A DNA stretch of 64,000 nucleotides from Vezdaea acicularis (taxonomy: Eukaryota). A program made the position numbers and the translations under genes. Below are positions 10,901-22,081 of this stretch, one piece after another (positions within the stretch are counted from its first letter, which is position 1; every line of letters starts with the position of its first letter). The notes under the pieces were generated by a model. That model did no database searches. It saw only the letters and a program-made list of their open reading frames with translations, and had not been told where the DNA came from. Location: NCBI GenBank assembly GCA_026025075.1, contig JAPEUI010000043.1, positions 1-64,000 on the forward strand. Direction: 5' to 3'.

Positions 10901-11085
10901 CCAATTCTTGACACATCATCTCCACCATTCACTCCATTCATATCCATCCATCTCCCTCATCACCTACCACCAGCCCACCCACCTCTACAGCCCCAACCCC
11001 CTCCCCACCAATCCATCCCATCCCATCCACTCCCCCTCCAGCAATCCAGCCAAGAAGCAATTCACCCCCCCTTAAAGAAGAGTCT

Positions 11086-11141
11086 ACGCACCACGCACCA
11101 CGCACCACGCACCACGCACCACGCACCACGCACCACGCACC
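11086..11141. repeat. (ACGCACC)8 perfect 7-bp tandem repeat
   Basis: Eight exact copies read directly, downstream of GSH1 at the edge of the CpG-free zone. Confidence 0.95.
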
Positions 11142-11398
11142 ATCGAAACCCGGGATCAACGCAACGCAAGGCGCGAGGAATAGGTATAGGTTTATTCACC
11201 AGCCGCGTAGGGGAGTGCTTGTCTCAGGAGCAGAAAGGCTAGTTAATCGGCGGGGGTGTGGATTGTTTGGATAAGGAGGGGTTGTCCTGAGTAGTCTCAA
11301 CCACCTTATCCCTAAACAACACATCGCTCCTCCCCGCTCCCACACACCCGCGCTCTTACCCCCCCCAAACCCACCCATCCTACCACCCCCCACCAATC

Positions 11399-13786
11399 CT
11401 ACACCCCCGCACCACACCCCCCCTTCCCCACCTCCCCCACCCCAAACATCTCCCTCCCCCCCTCCCCCCTCTCCAGCCCCTCAACCGCCTTCAACAAATC
11501 AAAGCACACCCCCTCCCCCACGACCGAATCCGCCTTGTACTCCGCATGCCTCCCTACAAACTCCCTAATCCAACGCGCCGCGGTCCAGAGCCGTCCATCG
11601 GCGCGGTGGCGGATCAGCTCCAAGTACCGCGTCAAGGCGCAGCGGGTCTCGACGTCGACGTTGAGGCTGTTGAGGTAGGATTCCACGAGGGGGACGAGGC
11701 CGGGGAAAGAGGTGTTAGAGGAGGAGGAGGGGGAGGAGCTGGAGCCGTTGATGATGGTGGCGATGGTCATGGGTTCGTATTCATCCTCGATGGGGCCGGG
11801 GGATGGTGGGGAGGAAGGGTAGGGTGAGGCGGGGATGCTGTTGTCGCCGTTGGGGTGGGGGTGAGGCGTCTTGATGTGGCGGGGGGGAAAGGGGTTTTTC
11901 CGAAAATGGAATTTCCCGTCTAGAACCGCATTACGGGCGTGCGCCGCCTGCATATTCTCCGTCACCTTCGCGATGGGGATATAGAAGTTGAGATCGAAGC
12001 TTAAGATGGCGCGCGTAATCAACACCATAAAGACGGAGAACGCGGCGTTTTCAAAATCCGTAATCTGGACTTCCATGGGCCGAAACTCGACGCGCCAGCC
12101 GATATCGTTGTCCGAGGGGGGCGGCTTGAAGCGCATGTGTTGCCAGTTCGTCGACTGCAGGTTCTCGAAGTGATCCGTCTTGTCGAGGTCGAGCTGGTGG
12201 AGGTCTTCGGTGAAGATGACGAGGGGGTCGCGGATGAAGAGGTGGGCGAAGTGCGTGGCGAGGAGGTCGTCCATGCCGCCGTCGAGCAGGCGCTGTTTCA
12301 GGCGCTCGTCGACGACGAGGTCCGGGTCGAGGTATTCGCGGCGCAGGCGCGGGTCTTGCGAGATGTAGGTCGAGTTGGACGCGTATCTTGATTTAGGGAT
12401 CCGCCAGCGGTCGTTTTTCAGCGGCTATTTCTCTGTTAGCACGAGTCCACGGAGAAGGTGTTCTTAGGCACAGCCTTACCAATTCGCCTAGCTCTTCCGC
12501 GGTCCGGTCGTCCACCGCCGCACTGATCTGGTTCCACCGTACGTCGGTGTCCGCCACAAACCCCTTATACAGGGGCGTTGCCGCCGTCAGCGCCAGCATG
12601 ATCGGGCCCAGGGGGCTGAGCTGATCGTACAGTCTCCGGCCCTCGGTGATGTTCTTTGCCTGAAAGGTGATCTGTAGGCAGCAGCTACCCATCCCAAAGG
12701 CCATCGCATCCATGTAGATATGGTTCTCCTTGACGGCTCCATTCCGGACGTCGTCGTCCTCCGGCCAGTTGTGGAGGTCATAGTTGACCGTCGGGTCTTT
12801 CCACGGCCACGGCGTGTTCTTGTCCCGGAAGACGGGCACGTTGACCTCGACCTTGCGCCCCCGTCGTGATCGAATGTTGGCGGCCAAGGTGGGGAATCGG
12901 ATGTGTGGGTTTGCAATCTCGTCCGGCAGGAACTGCGATCGAAGCTTGGGCCCAGATGTAGGAAAGTGCGGTGAGGTGAAGACTTCTGGTGCGCCGAGAC
13001 GGGGATAAGTGGTCAGCGTGATGGGCGATTCGTTGTCCGCCATGTGATCTTTCGCAATCTGCCGCCTGTGGGAACTCATCAGCTTACAATTTGACAGGAT
13101 CGAGAAGCGGCTACCGACCTCCATTTCATGTTTGGTTCGACATCTAGCAGATCCTTGAATCCGATGCCCCATGGCTTGCCCGGCGTAGCTTCCAGCATGA
13201 AGCGTCCGAACTCGGGGTGAAACGCCGGCAGAGCTTCCCCATCCCTGATCCGACGTGACTTAGCAATCTATACCGGAAATGCTTCATATATCTGCTGCGT
13301 CGTACCTGGTTACGTTCTGCAAGGCCGGTACACAGCCTCCGTGTTTCACAAGCTCTTCGTCCTTGGACAGCGCCAGCAGGATGTCCGCCTGTCGTAGAGA
13401 GAGGAGCGCCTTGCGCTCTTTGTCATTGTACGCGACCACGATATATTCAACCTGATTCGACACTTTTTAGAACATGGAAGCCCTCCGAGCGGGAAAACAG
13501 CTTCCCACAAACCTCATCGCCCCACAGGAGCGCGTCACGTTCCTTGCCCTTAGCTTTCCGCCAGATGGAGAGCAGTTGCTGCAAGTCATCCTTTTAGTTT
13601 GAAATCCTCTATAGGCCGTTCGGCGATTGGAAGGTCGAACCTCAATTCCCCACTCCCGCACCTGGTTTGCGTCTTTCTTCGCCTCGGGCCAATCAAGAGG
13701 GGTCCCGAGTGCCCTGGCCGGGATATATGTGAGTGCTCACCGCCTTGAACCGCTGCGAGGGTTGGAGGGTCTTACAAGAGGCCCAT
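11399..13786 (-). CDS. GSH1: Glutamate-cysteine ligase catalytic subunit (gamma-glutamylcysteine synthetase); 7 exons
   Basis: An 11-nt first exon (13786-13776) splices to give MGLLALGTPLDWPEAKK; motifs LLWGDEVEY, FHPEFGRFMLEATP, IYMDAMAFGMGSCCLQITFQ, DHFENLQSTNWQHMRFKPP and GWRVEFRPMEVQITDFENAAF. Confidence 0.96.
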
Positions 13787-15095
13787 CGTCAAAGTACCTA
13801 CCCCCAGCTGCGCCCCGAGAGCCGGTACGGTGGGGGCCAAAGAATGGACGTCGTGATCCCGGACCAGCGTTGTGGTTCCGAGGGTAGGATAAGGGTTCAA
13901 GGATAGGCGGGAGTGGGACACAGGAGGATGACCCGACTACAATCAAGGGCACGCGCGCAGTTCAGAAGGATCGACGGTGTTGTTGTTCGTACATGGAGGA
14001 GGGGAGGGGGGGGGGGTCGTGGGGGGAAAAGGGCGACGGGTGAAGATGGAAATCGAAAATGCGCTTGTTCTCGAAGCTATCGTTCGCTTCACTTTTCTCG
14101 GACGAATGCAGTCAACAAGTTTCGTTTGTGCTATTCTTACCGAGCGGCGGGGCCGGTGTTGGAAGGCCCACGGCTACGCGCTACGTGAAGGCGGACGGCA
14201 CGGGGGTGGTCGCAGGGCGTGAGCGCGACGGTGGCCATCGTGACCGTGGTGTTTATGGGGTTAATTCGAGCTGCTCGAGGGCACGAATGACGCATGGCGA
14301 ATGACGCAGCGCTATCGTATTGCAACTTCGACCTGATTCCCATCATTGGGGGACCGCGGACGGAAGCCCTCGTGGCGGCTAGGCTCGAAAGCGGCTAGGG
14401 CCCTTGGCCGTCCGCCTGTCCGTCGGCTTGTCTTGCAGAGCGTCTCGGCCGCACGAAGCCGTTCGCGCCAAACCGCCGGGCTCCTCCTTCAACATACTTT
14501 TTCTCCCTCGGTGACACCCCCCCCCCCCCTCTCCACCGCCACTCGATGTCCAGAACTCATTCCACAGCGCACGTACCGTCGCGGGGGTCCCGGGCATGCT
14601 CCCAGCAACTTAAGGAGATGGGAGTGGGAACCGGGCCGATGCACTTCGGGGAGCCGACGGCTTCGGCATTGGCAGCAGAATCCGCACGGGCACGTTTCGG
14701 CAACCCTCCCAAACCCCCAAACCCCCAAACCCTCAAACCCCCTAAGGACTCCCAGGGAAAAAGTCTCGCGCCGTGATCGGCGATCCGATTTAGGTTGGCG
14801 AGATAGGAGAGCTCGAGATGATCTTGCAGGAGCGCGTGCGGGCGCGACGAGGGCCACTCAGGAATGCGCATGGAAACCCCGTCAGATTTCCCCCCTCGGC
14901 CCCGCTGATCGCCCATCTGGACACGTCGGATTTCTTTTTCGTCCAGTGGCGATCGACGCCATTCGTCTATCGTGGCCAGGCCGCTCGTGATCGTCGGCTT
15001 CTCTTGCTTCGTGCGGCCTCCGCCCGGCAAGGGGAGAGGGGGTACCTGACCCTGCCGCGCACGACAGCTGCACCCGCTCCGGGTCCCGCTCCTCC

Positions 15096-15097
<2 letters not shown>

Positions 15098-15127
<30 letters not shown>

Positions 15128-15140
15128 ATTGATTGATTGA
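15098..15140. repeat. Compound microsatellite (TGCT)7(TGAT)3
   Basis: Read directly in the GSH1-nsdD intergenic region. Confidence 0.9.
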
Positions 15141-17706
15141 CCGATTGCCCGCCTGTCCCGCCAGAAAAGAACCCAGGCATCCCGGCTGCAGCTGATGGGT
15201 CGAAGCGATAGCTCGCTGCTCGGCGCCATGCGTGCCAGCGTCCCTTCGCCATGCATCGAACCCGGACTTGTCAGGTCGGTATCAAACATGCCATGCCTGA
15301 CGCGTGATGGAGATGGATGCGGCAACACCACCCGCCTCTCATTGCCGCAGGAGACAGCGATGGCAAGTTCCGTCGGGCGGACGGGCAAGACACACAGCCA
15401 AGACAAAGCAAAGACAAGCCTCAAACGCGAGGGCGGGGATCGCCCAGTGCGCGCCCCCCGTCGGCCATGGTAGATCGGCTTCTGCCGACGCTGCTCCTGT
15501 CACGACCGAATCCGTGTGGAGTCTTTTAGACATTTTTGTGTTTTTTTCTTTTTCTTTGCCTCTTGCAAGGACATAGAGAAGCTCAATGCGATGCTACCCA
15601 TGAGCTCCGAGGAAGTGCAAAGTGTTGCGGTGGACCGGCGTTACTGCGGGACTGTCTCGACGCGACACTAATTTACCGGTCATACGGTCGACCAGACGAG
15701 AGACCCATCGGGTGTCGGGGAATTGTTGATGCGTGTCATCACTGCCAATCTGCTCCCGTGTCCGCCATCGTATAGAGCGGTGCCTCCCATCGATCGGAGG
15801 CAGTGAATGATGCCTAACAGTGGAGACGCCGCGTGCGTGCTTGTCGTCGCACGAGAGCGACAAGCTGCCTTCGATGACAGAGTCCCATGATGCGGCGTGC
15901 ATTTTGATGGGCGTTGCGGCAACAGAAGAGCTGGCGTGAAAAGGAGCTCCCGTTCTTCCCCTGATTGACCGTAGATCCGCTGTTGATCGTGATGGGGTAA
16001 GATGAAGTGTGAAAGGAGGTGTGTGAGCCAGGGGGAGGAGATGATATGTATCGAGGGTTTGGGCATCGCGGGGCAATGGGGCAGCATCGTCCAGCATCGT
16101 GCCAAGGTACCAGATTGCCGAGCGATTTGGCAGTGTCATAGTGGCAGCCGCGACGACCCAACGCAGTCAAGAGGCCGTCGACGACCATGTCCAGCGCGCC
16201 GGATGGTCGCGGTCGCACCTCCCCCTTTCGGCGCCGATGTGCGCCGCCGACCAATTCCGTGCTGGTGTTGCTGCCCAACGGACTACTACCCACGACGACT
16301 CCACATCATTTACACATCCGGCGGCCGAGTCTGGGCCAGCTCTTTTCGAGAAGCCGCCACGCTTCCCGAATTCCCGGGACGAACGTGCCCTAAGTCGCAC
16401 CCCCCCTCCCCCCCTCCCCCTCAAAGACAAGCCCTAATTTGTGCCCGTCTTTTTGTTACGCACACGGTCGTCCAGGGGCTCGATCTGGTAAGTGGAATGG
16501 ACGACGAGGCTGGCAACGGTGCATTGTAGCAGATGAGGATGGGAAGATGAGTTGAAGGTGAGGGAATAGACAGCAGGAAGAGACCGTCGTGGATGTGGCT
16601 TAATGGACGGGGAGCTGCGTCCGAGAAGGCGTTCTCTGCTGTGGGTTCCACCATAGCAACTCTGCTGCAGGATCAGCCACGGTTGAATTTGCACCGCAAC
16701 GACGGGCGGTGGCCGTATGTCTCCTCTTTCATCTCTTCACTCTTGTCACATTCACACACTCTCTCTCTTGCGCATGTGTCCGGCATCCCGACGGAGTCGC
16801 CGCGTCGAACCCGAGCGCTGGAGGGTGGCGGACGCCATCACGTTTTGGCCGTGTATGGGACGGTCCCTTACTGCGGGTAAGTCTCCCTTTGCGGATACTG
16901 GAACCGTCTGGAGGGAGGGGGCCCTGGGACGGGCGCGGCATCCAATCGCCATCGCGCGCCGGTGCGCCATCGCGATGCTGGCCATTTTCTGACAGGCAGG
17001 AGGCGCGTCAAGCGGGCCAGGATTGCCGAGGGGTGAAGCATGAGCGTGAGCGTGAGCATGAGCAGCAGCAGCAGCAGCAGCAAGTGACGAGGAGGAGCAG
17101 TTTGCGCTCAGTCGGCGCTCTGTCCACCGTGCTGGCCCGGCGCGAGCCCTGCTCGCCCCCTGCCCCGACCCTGCTCTGGCCCTAAGCTTTTTGGCTTCCG
17201 CGACACCGCGAAAATGATCGAGATCGCCGATTTGACATCTGGCGGACGTCAGGGTGGACAGGATTGCCGGCGCGCGGGCACGCTCCTCCTCGCTTTGGCC
17301 ACTCGCCGCCCGTCTGATCCCCTATCGATGGATGGCGCCGTCGTCGCCGTCGAGAGGGGTGATGGTGCGCGGCCCCTGCGGCGTTGAGGGTGTTGAGAAT
17401 GTTGAGCACCATCTTGTCGTTGCCCATCGTCCATCGTCCATCGTCCACCCCGGCTCGCCGAAGAATGCCATCGCATGGCAATCTCCGGCCGCCCTTCACC
17501 TCCACTTCCACCTTCCTCCACACGCCGATAGAGCTAGAGATCCCTGCCAAGCCATCGGAACCAGCTGCCACCATCGCCGCTAGACCCCAGCGGTGGCCAG
17601 CAGCTTGGCATCGCTGCTATCGTCGTGCCTGGAGAATTGCGATGGAAAGAGGAGAGAGGGGCAGAGAGAGAGGAGAGGAGGAGAGGGAGAGGAGAGAGGG
17701 ACAAAT

Positions 17707-17716
<10 letters not shown>

Positions 17717-17765
<49 letters not shown>
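17717..17765. repeat. (AG)n microsatellite, about 24 units, within a longer purine tract starting near 17645
   Basis: Read directly; it is followed by a pyrimidine-rich tract of the kind found at fungal transcription start regions. Confidence 0.95.
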
Positions 17766-17766
<1 letters not shown>

Positions 17767-19032
17767 GACGGCGCGACGGAGGACTGTTCCGCCTCGCTGG
17801 CCCTGTCCTGTCCCCATCCGCAAACCGCCCTCCTTCGCTCGTCATACCCTTTTTTGCTCGCACCGGAAACGTGAGATCATCCGGTCGCCGCTCTTTCCCC
17901 GACCACGACTTGCGCCTTCCTGCTCCTGTCTCCCCGTCCACTCGCGCTGGCTCGACTTCCTTCCCTCTCCACCGATCCAGCCCTGACCTCCTTGGTGACT
18001 TCCTTTCTGACTTCCTTCCTGCCCTCGTTCCTTCCCCACCCTCCCTCTCTCCTTCCCCCTCCAAACATACGACCATCCCCCCCGCCCGCCCCTTCCCCAA
18101 AGGCGACCCCCCACCAGCGGGCGGCGCACTAACCCCGTTCCTTCCTTCCGCCGGACTGCCCTTCCCGATTCGCCGTGCTGCTCTCGTCTCCAGCTTTGGC
18201 GGCGCCTCAGTGGCTGCGTAGGCGAGTGTGGTCCGTCGCGGTTGCCCTTCCCATCCCCAGGAAAAACGATCGAAGATTGAGCCCGATCTTCGATCGGCGA
18301 AAGGGCGCTCCCCCGTCCCACCCGACCACTCGAACGGCCACCAGACGGCCACCAGGACGCTGCCTTCGTCCATTCGACCGTTTCGGCTCCATCGCTCCAT
18401 CGCTCCATTAATATTTCCCCATGCCCAGACCTCCCAGCCAACCTCCCTCCCTTCGAAATCTCGCGCGCACGACGTAGGGACAGTGGAGGAGAGACCGCAT
18501 CACCACCCTCGACCGCAATTGCATTCCACACCACTCGCCGACGCACCCGCTCACCGACTCATCGAACAGCCCATCTTCTGACCACGTTTCTGACGTCGCT
18601 TCGGTCGTCGCTCGCGTGTCGGTCGCTCCCGCCATTGACTTCCTCCGCTGTACGACGTTACCGCGCACCTCGTCCGCTCTCCCTACCCCATCCGATTGAA
18701 CCTTTTCGATCCTCGATCGTTCCCGGACGACCATCGATCTTGAGGAATCAGAGTGCGCAAGCCAGGTCGTCGCTCTCGCCGTATCCTACGATATTCGCAC
18801 CGTGGGACCGGAACGACGGTATCCCAAGGGAAGCCGGTGGTTGCGGATCACTCGAAGGCATTAGAGGTTTTTAGACCTCACCGCGGCGGATATCACGGCA
18901 TCAGAGATCACGAACGCTTCGGCAGACGACATCAGACGTTGGAGAAGGCACCATCTCGCATAACCGCATCAGAAGTGGCTTCCCAGCTATAGAACGGGGT
19001 CGTCCCCAGCGTGTCCGCCGCATCGTTCCGTC

Positions 19033-20684
19033 ATGGAGATCGTCGATGCAGGCAGTAGGCAGAGGTCCGTTATTTTGACAGCTCGTTGAACATCGCTCCA
19101 GCCGTCACCTGTTAGAGCCGATCGCTGATATGATTTCTAGCAATGCTCTACCCTCGGTCAATTATGCCGAGTTTGATAAAATAAAGAGAGACAACGCGGA
19201 GTTTACGCATCGTCATCCGACGACGTTGAGCCTGTCGAATGCTCCGCTTGGAAGCCCAACGAACATGTACTCAGGCCCGCCACCGCCGTATCAATATGCT
19301 CCGTCAAACGCCAGTACAGCACCCGGTCTGGCTGGGATCGTGTCTCCGCCAGAGCCTCGTCGACCATCAGAGAAGGACGAAGCTTCGCATAATCAAAATC
19401 ACTCACTGCCGTCTATACAGGAGGCCTTGAGTGAGCAGCCGTACGTCTCATCGCCATCTTCAATCCCCCGGCCTCCTCTTCAGACGCTGGACACGTCTGT
19501 ACCCCCCCAATCGATTCCTGCGCCGTCTTCTATCCCTCGATCTCACCCCACACAACCTCCTCCTCGGACATATTCATCAGGTTCCGTATCAAACCCACCA
19601 ACTTCGAGCACGAGCTCCCGTGAAATCAGGATTCCTACACTCCACCACATCCATCCACCGACCTCTCCATCTCAAGCGCCCAGATCGGCACCGCCGTTCC
19701 CTCGACCTTCCCAGGCTTCTCCCAGACACGATCAGGCGCCATCATCTGCAGGACCAATGCCTTCGCCCTACGGGTCTCAAAGTTATCCGTCGCAATATCC
19801 TTACCCTCCTCAGCCAGCGCCAGTTCGTCAATCCACCTACTCGCAGCCATCATTTTCGTCCCCGACGTACGCATATCCCGGCCCTAGTAACGGACCCGAC
19901 CCTCCAGATCGGCCTCGGATTGACGAAACCCGGAAATATGTGGACAACTACCCGCCCGGCGAAGCGTATGGAAATTCGGTGCGGCGACATTTGGATATAT
20001 TTGACCTTGAAGCCTCGTTAGCAGGAGTAAGTTTTGTTCCTTATTTTCCAAGTCTCAGCTAGATGCTAAATCATTGACTCTAGATCATGGATGGGACTGC
20101 TCGATTATTCCATTGGGCGGAGCATTACCGGCAACAGACGCCAGTCCGCATGCCCCGACTCGAAGAGTGCAAGGAAATGCTCGATCGACATCGACTCGTG
20201 CTCCAGTCGCTTACAACGATGGAAGACGTCTTGCAGACGCAAGAGAAGAGCCGCGCCAACCAGCAGAATCACAACCGCGGTTATAAGAACGCGAATGATT
20301 ATGACATGGAAGATAGCAACGGCTATGCCGACGACCTGAAGACAGGCGGTGTGGGTGAAGGCAAGAAGCGGCGAGGCGTATGTTGTGTCCGATCTTTACC
20401 CCGAGTCGGCTTTGCTAATGGTCATAGCAGAGAGCCGCTCCCCCAGGGCGATGCCACAGCTGCAACCGTGCCGAGACGCCCGAATGGCGCCGCGGACCCG
20501 ACGGCGCAAGGACGCTGTGTAATGCTTGCGGGCTACGTATGTTCTTCTGAAGCACGACTCCAATTTCTTCCTGCTCAAGCTAATGCAACCAACAGATTAT
20601 GCGAAGCTGACGCGCAAGACGAAAGCGAGCGGTGGAGGCGGCTCCTCCTTCCGCGCCAAGTCCATCGGCCCCTCCTCGCCCTGA
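19033..20684 (+). CDS. nsdD: GATA zinc-finger developmental regulator of the NsdD/SUB-1/PRO44 type; 5 exons
   Basis: Exons 19033-19064, 19141-20026, 20084-20377, 20431-20536 and 20596-20684. The spliced C-terminus [48 protein letters not shown] is a C-x2-C-x18-C-x2-C finger; YSGPPPPY and [15 protein letters not shown] are also typical of this family. Confidence 0.9.
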
Positions 20685-22081
20685 TACCTTGCGCGTAATC
20701 AGAGATCCGGGTTGCCGGCACACGCCATCCCGGCGCTTTTCCAAGCGTCCTCTTCTTGTCATTTCTGCAAAACCCCCTCAATTCCTCATTTCTTTTGGAG
20801 ATGTCAATAAGGCGTGGGAGTAGGAGTGGGTGGCGTTGCATTCTTCTCTGGGCTCATGGTCCACCATTTCCACGGCGTTTTCCTCCCCTTTTTCCCCTCC
20901 AACCCCCCTATTTTCCTTCTGCCCCTTCTTCTCCAAGAACATCCTGATCGCGTTCAAGCGAGTCCGTCGTTCATCACCAATCACACATCGTTCTGGGGGA
21001 GTTTTTCCTTTTTGGGCTCTTTTCATATCTCACGGCACGTCTCGGTCTCGTCTTTTTCCTCCGCTTCGGTCGTCAATATCCGCCTTCTCCACCCTCCTGC
21101 CCCCTACCGATCTGAGTCTTGTTCTTTGCGGCGGCCGATGCAAACATGCGTGAAGCATGCTCTGTGCCGTTTATCAACCAAGAACTCTTCGCCTTCCTCC
21201 CCCCGGAAATCGGTTTGGGAGGGATACCGGGACGCATAATGTGCCAACTCAAGGGAGCTTTCCTTCCTTCACCTTTACGTCTTTCACAAACCTCGGCAAC
21301 TTGAAAGTAGTTAAAAGGTGCAGGGGGTGACGGAGGAGCGCACAGCAGCATATCCCCCCATCCTTTTTTTGTGATATCAATCCTACCTCTATCTCCATCT
21401 CCATCTCTATTTTTCCTATACACCATCCTTAAGGGAACAGGCGATAATCGGATCACTCTAACTCTAACTCTAACTCTTACTCGTACTTTTGGATTCGGCC
21501 TCGGATCGGAAACGGGGATGCGATGCGACGCGATGTGCCATGCGAATGAAATTTCAGTGGAGTGCAAATTCGCGGGAGTGCGGCCGGCGAGATAGATTTA
21601 TACTTTTTAGGGTCTTAAGAATCAATTTGGCTTTCTCTGGTCTGTTCTACATGTGTGCTATTGTGCGTGCGAGCTTTCCCCCTTCGTCGACGTTCTCTTT
21701 CTCTCCCCCCCCCCCCCTCCCTCTTACCCGCCCAGCTTTCCCCATTCTCGATCGATCCAACTCGTCAGCTCAGGCGTGCCTCCTCCATCGACTTCTTCCC
21801 GTCCGTCCCGGGAACCAACGGACGCATGTCCCGCGCCCTCGTCATTGTGGCGTGCGCGTCCGCTAGGGAGGAAAGCGGTAGGTTGCCCGTTCCGTATAGC
21901 TCTCTCACATTTATCCATCTATGCATGATCCATGATGCATGATCCAAACCCCGGGTCCACAGCTCCAACCCACAGACACAAGTATGCTGCAGACCAGCTC
22001 CCCCCCTTTCCCGCTTTCCACCTCCTTTCACCCTTTCTCGCCAACCTCCTCTCCAGACTCCCCGGAAACAAAAAAACACAT

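Noticed and set aside
14000..18900. Many overlapping 60-290 aa ORFs on both strands
   Set aside because: Arg/Pro/Gly-rich translations without domains, running through microsatellites; expected by chance in GC-rich non-coding DNA.
21455..21484. (ACTCTA)n repeat resembling a telomeric tract
   Set aside because: The unit is TTAGAG, not TTAGGG, with only three perfect copies; an ordinary microsatellite.
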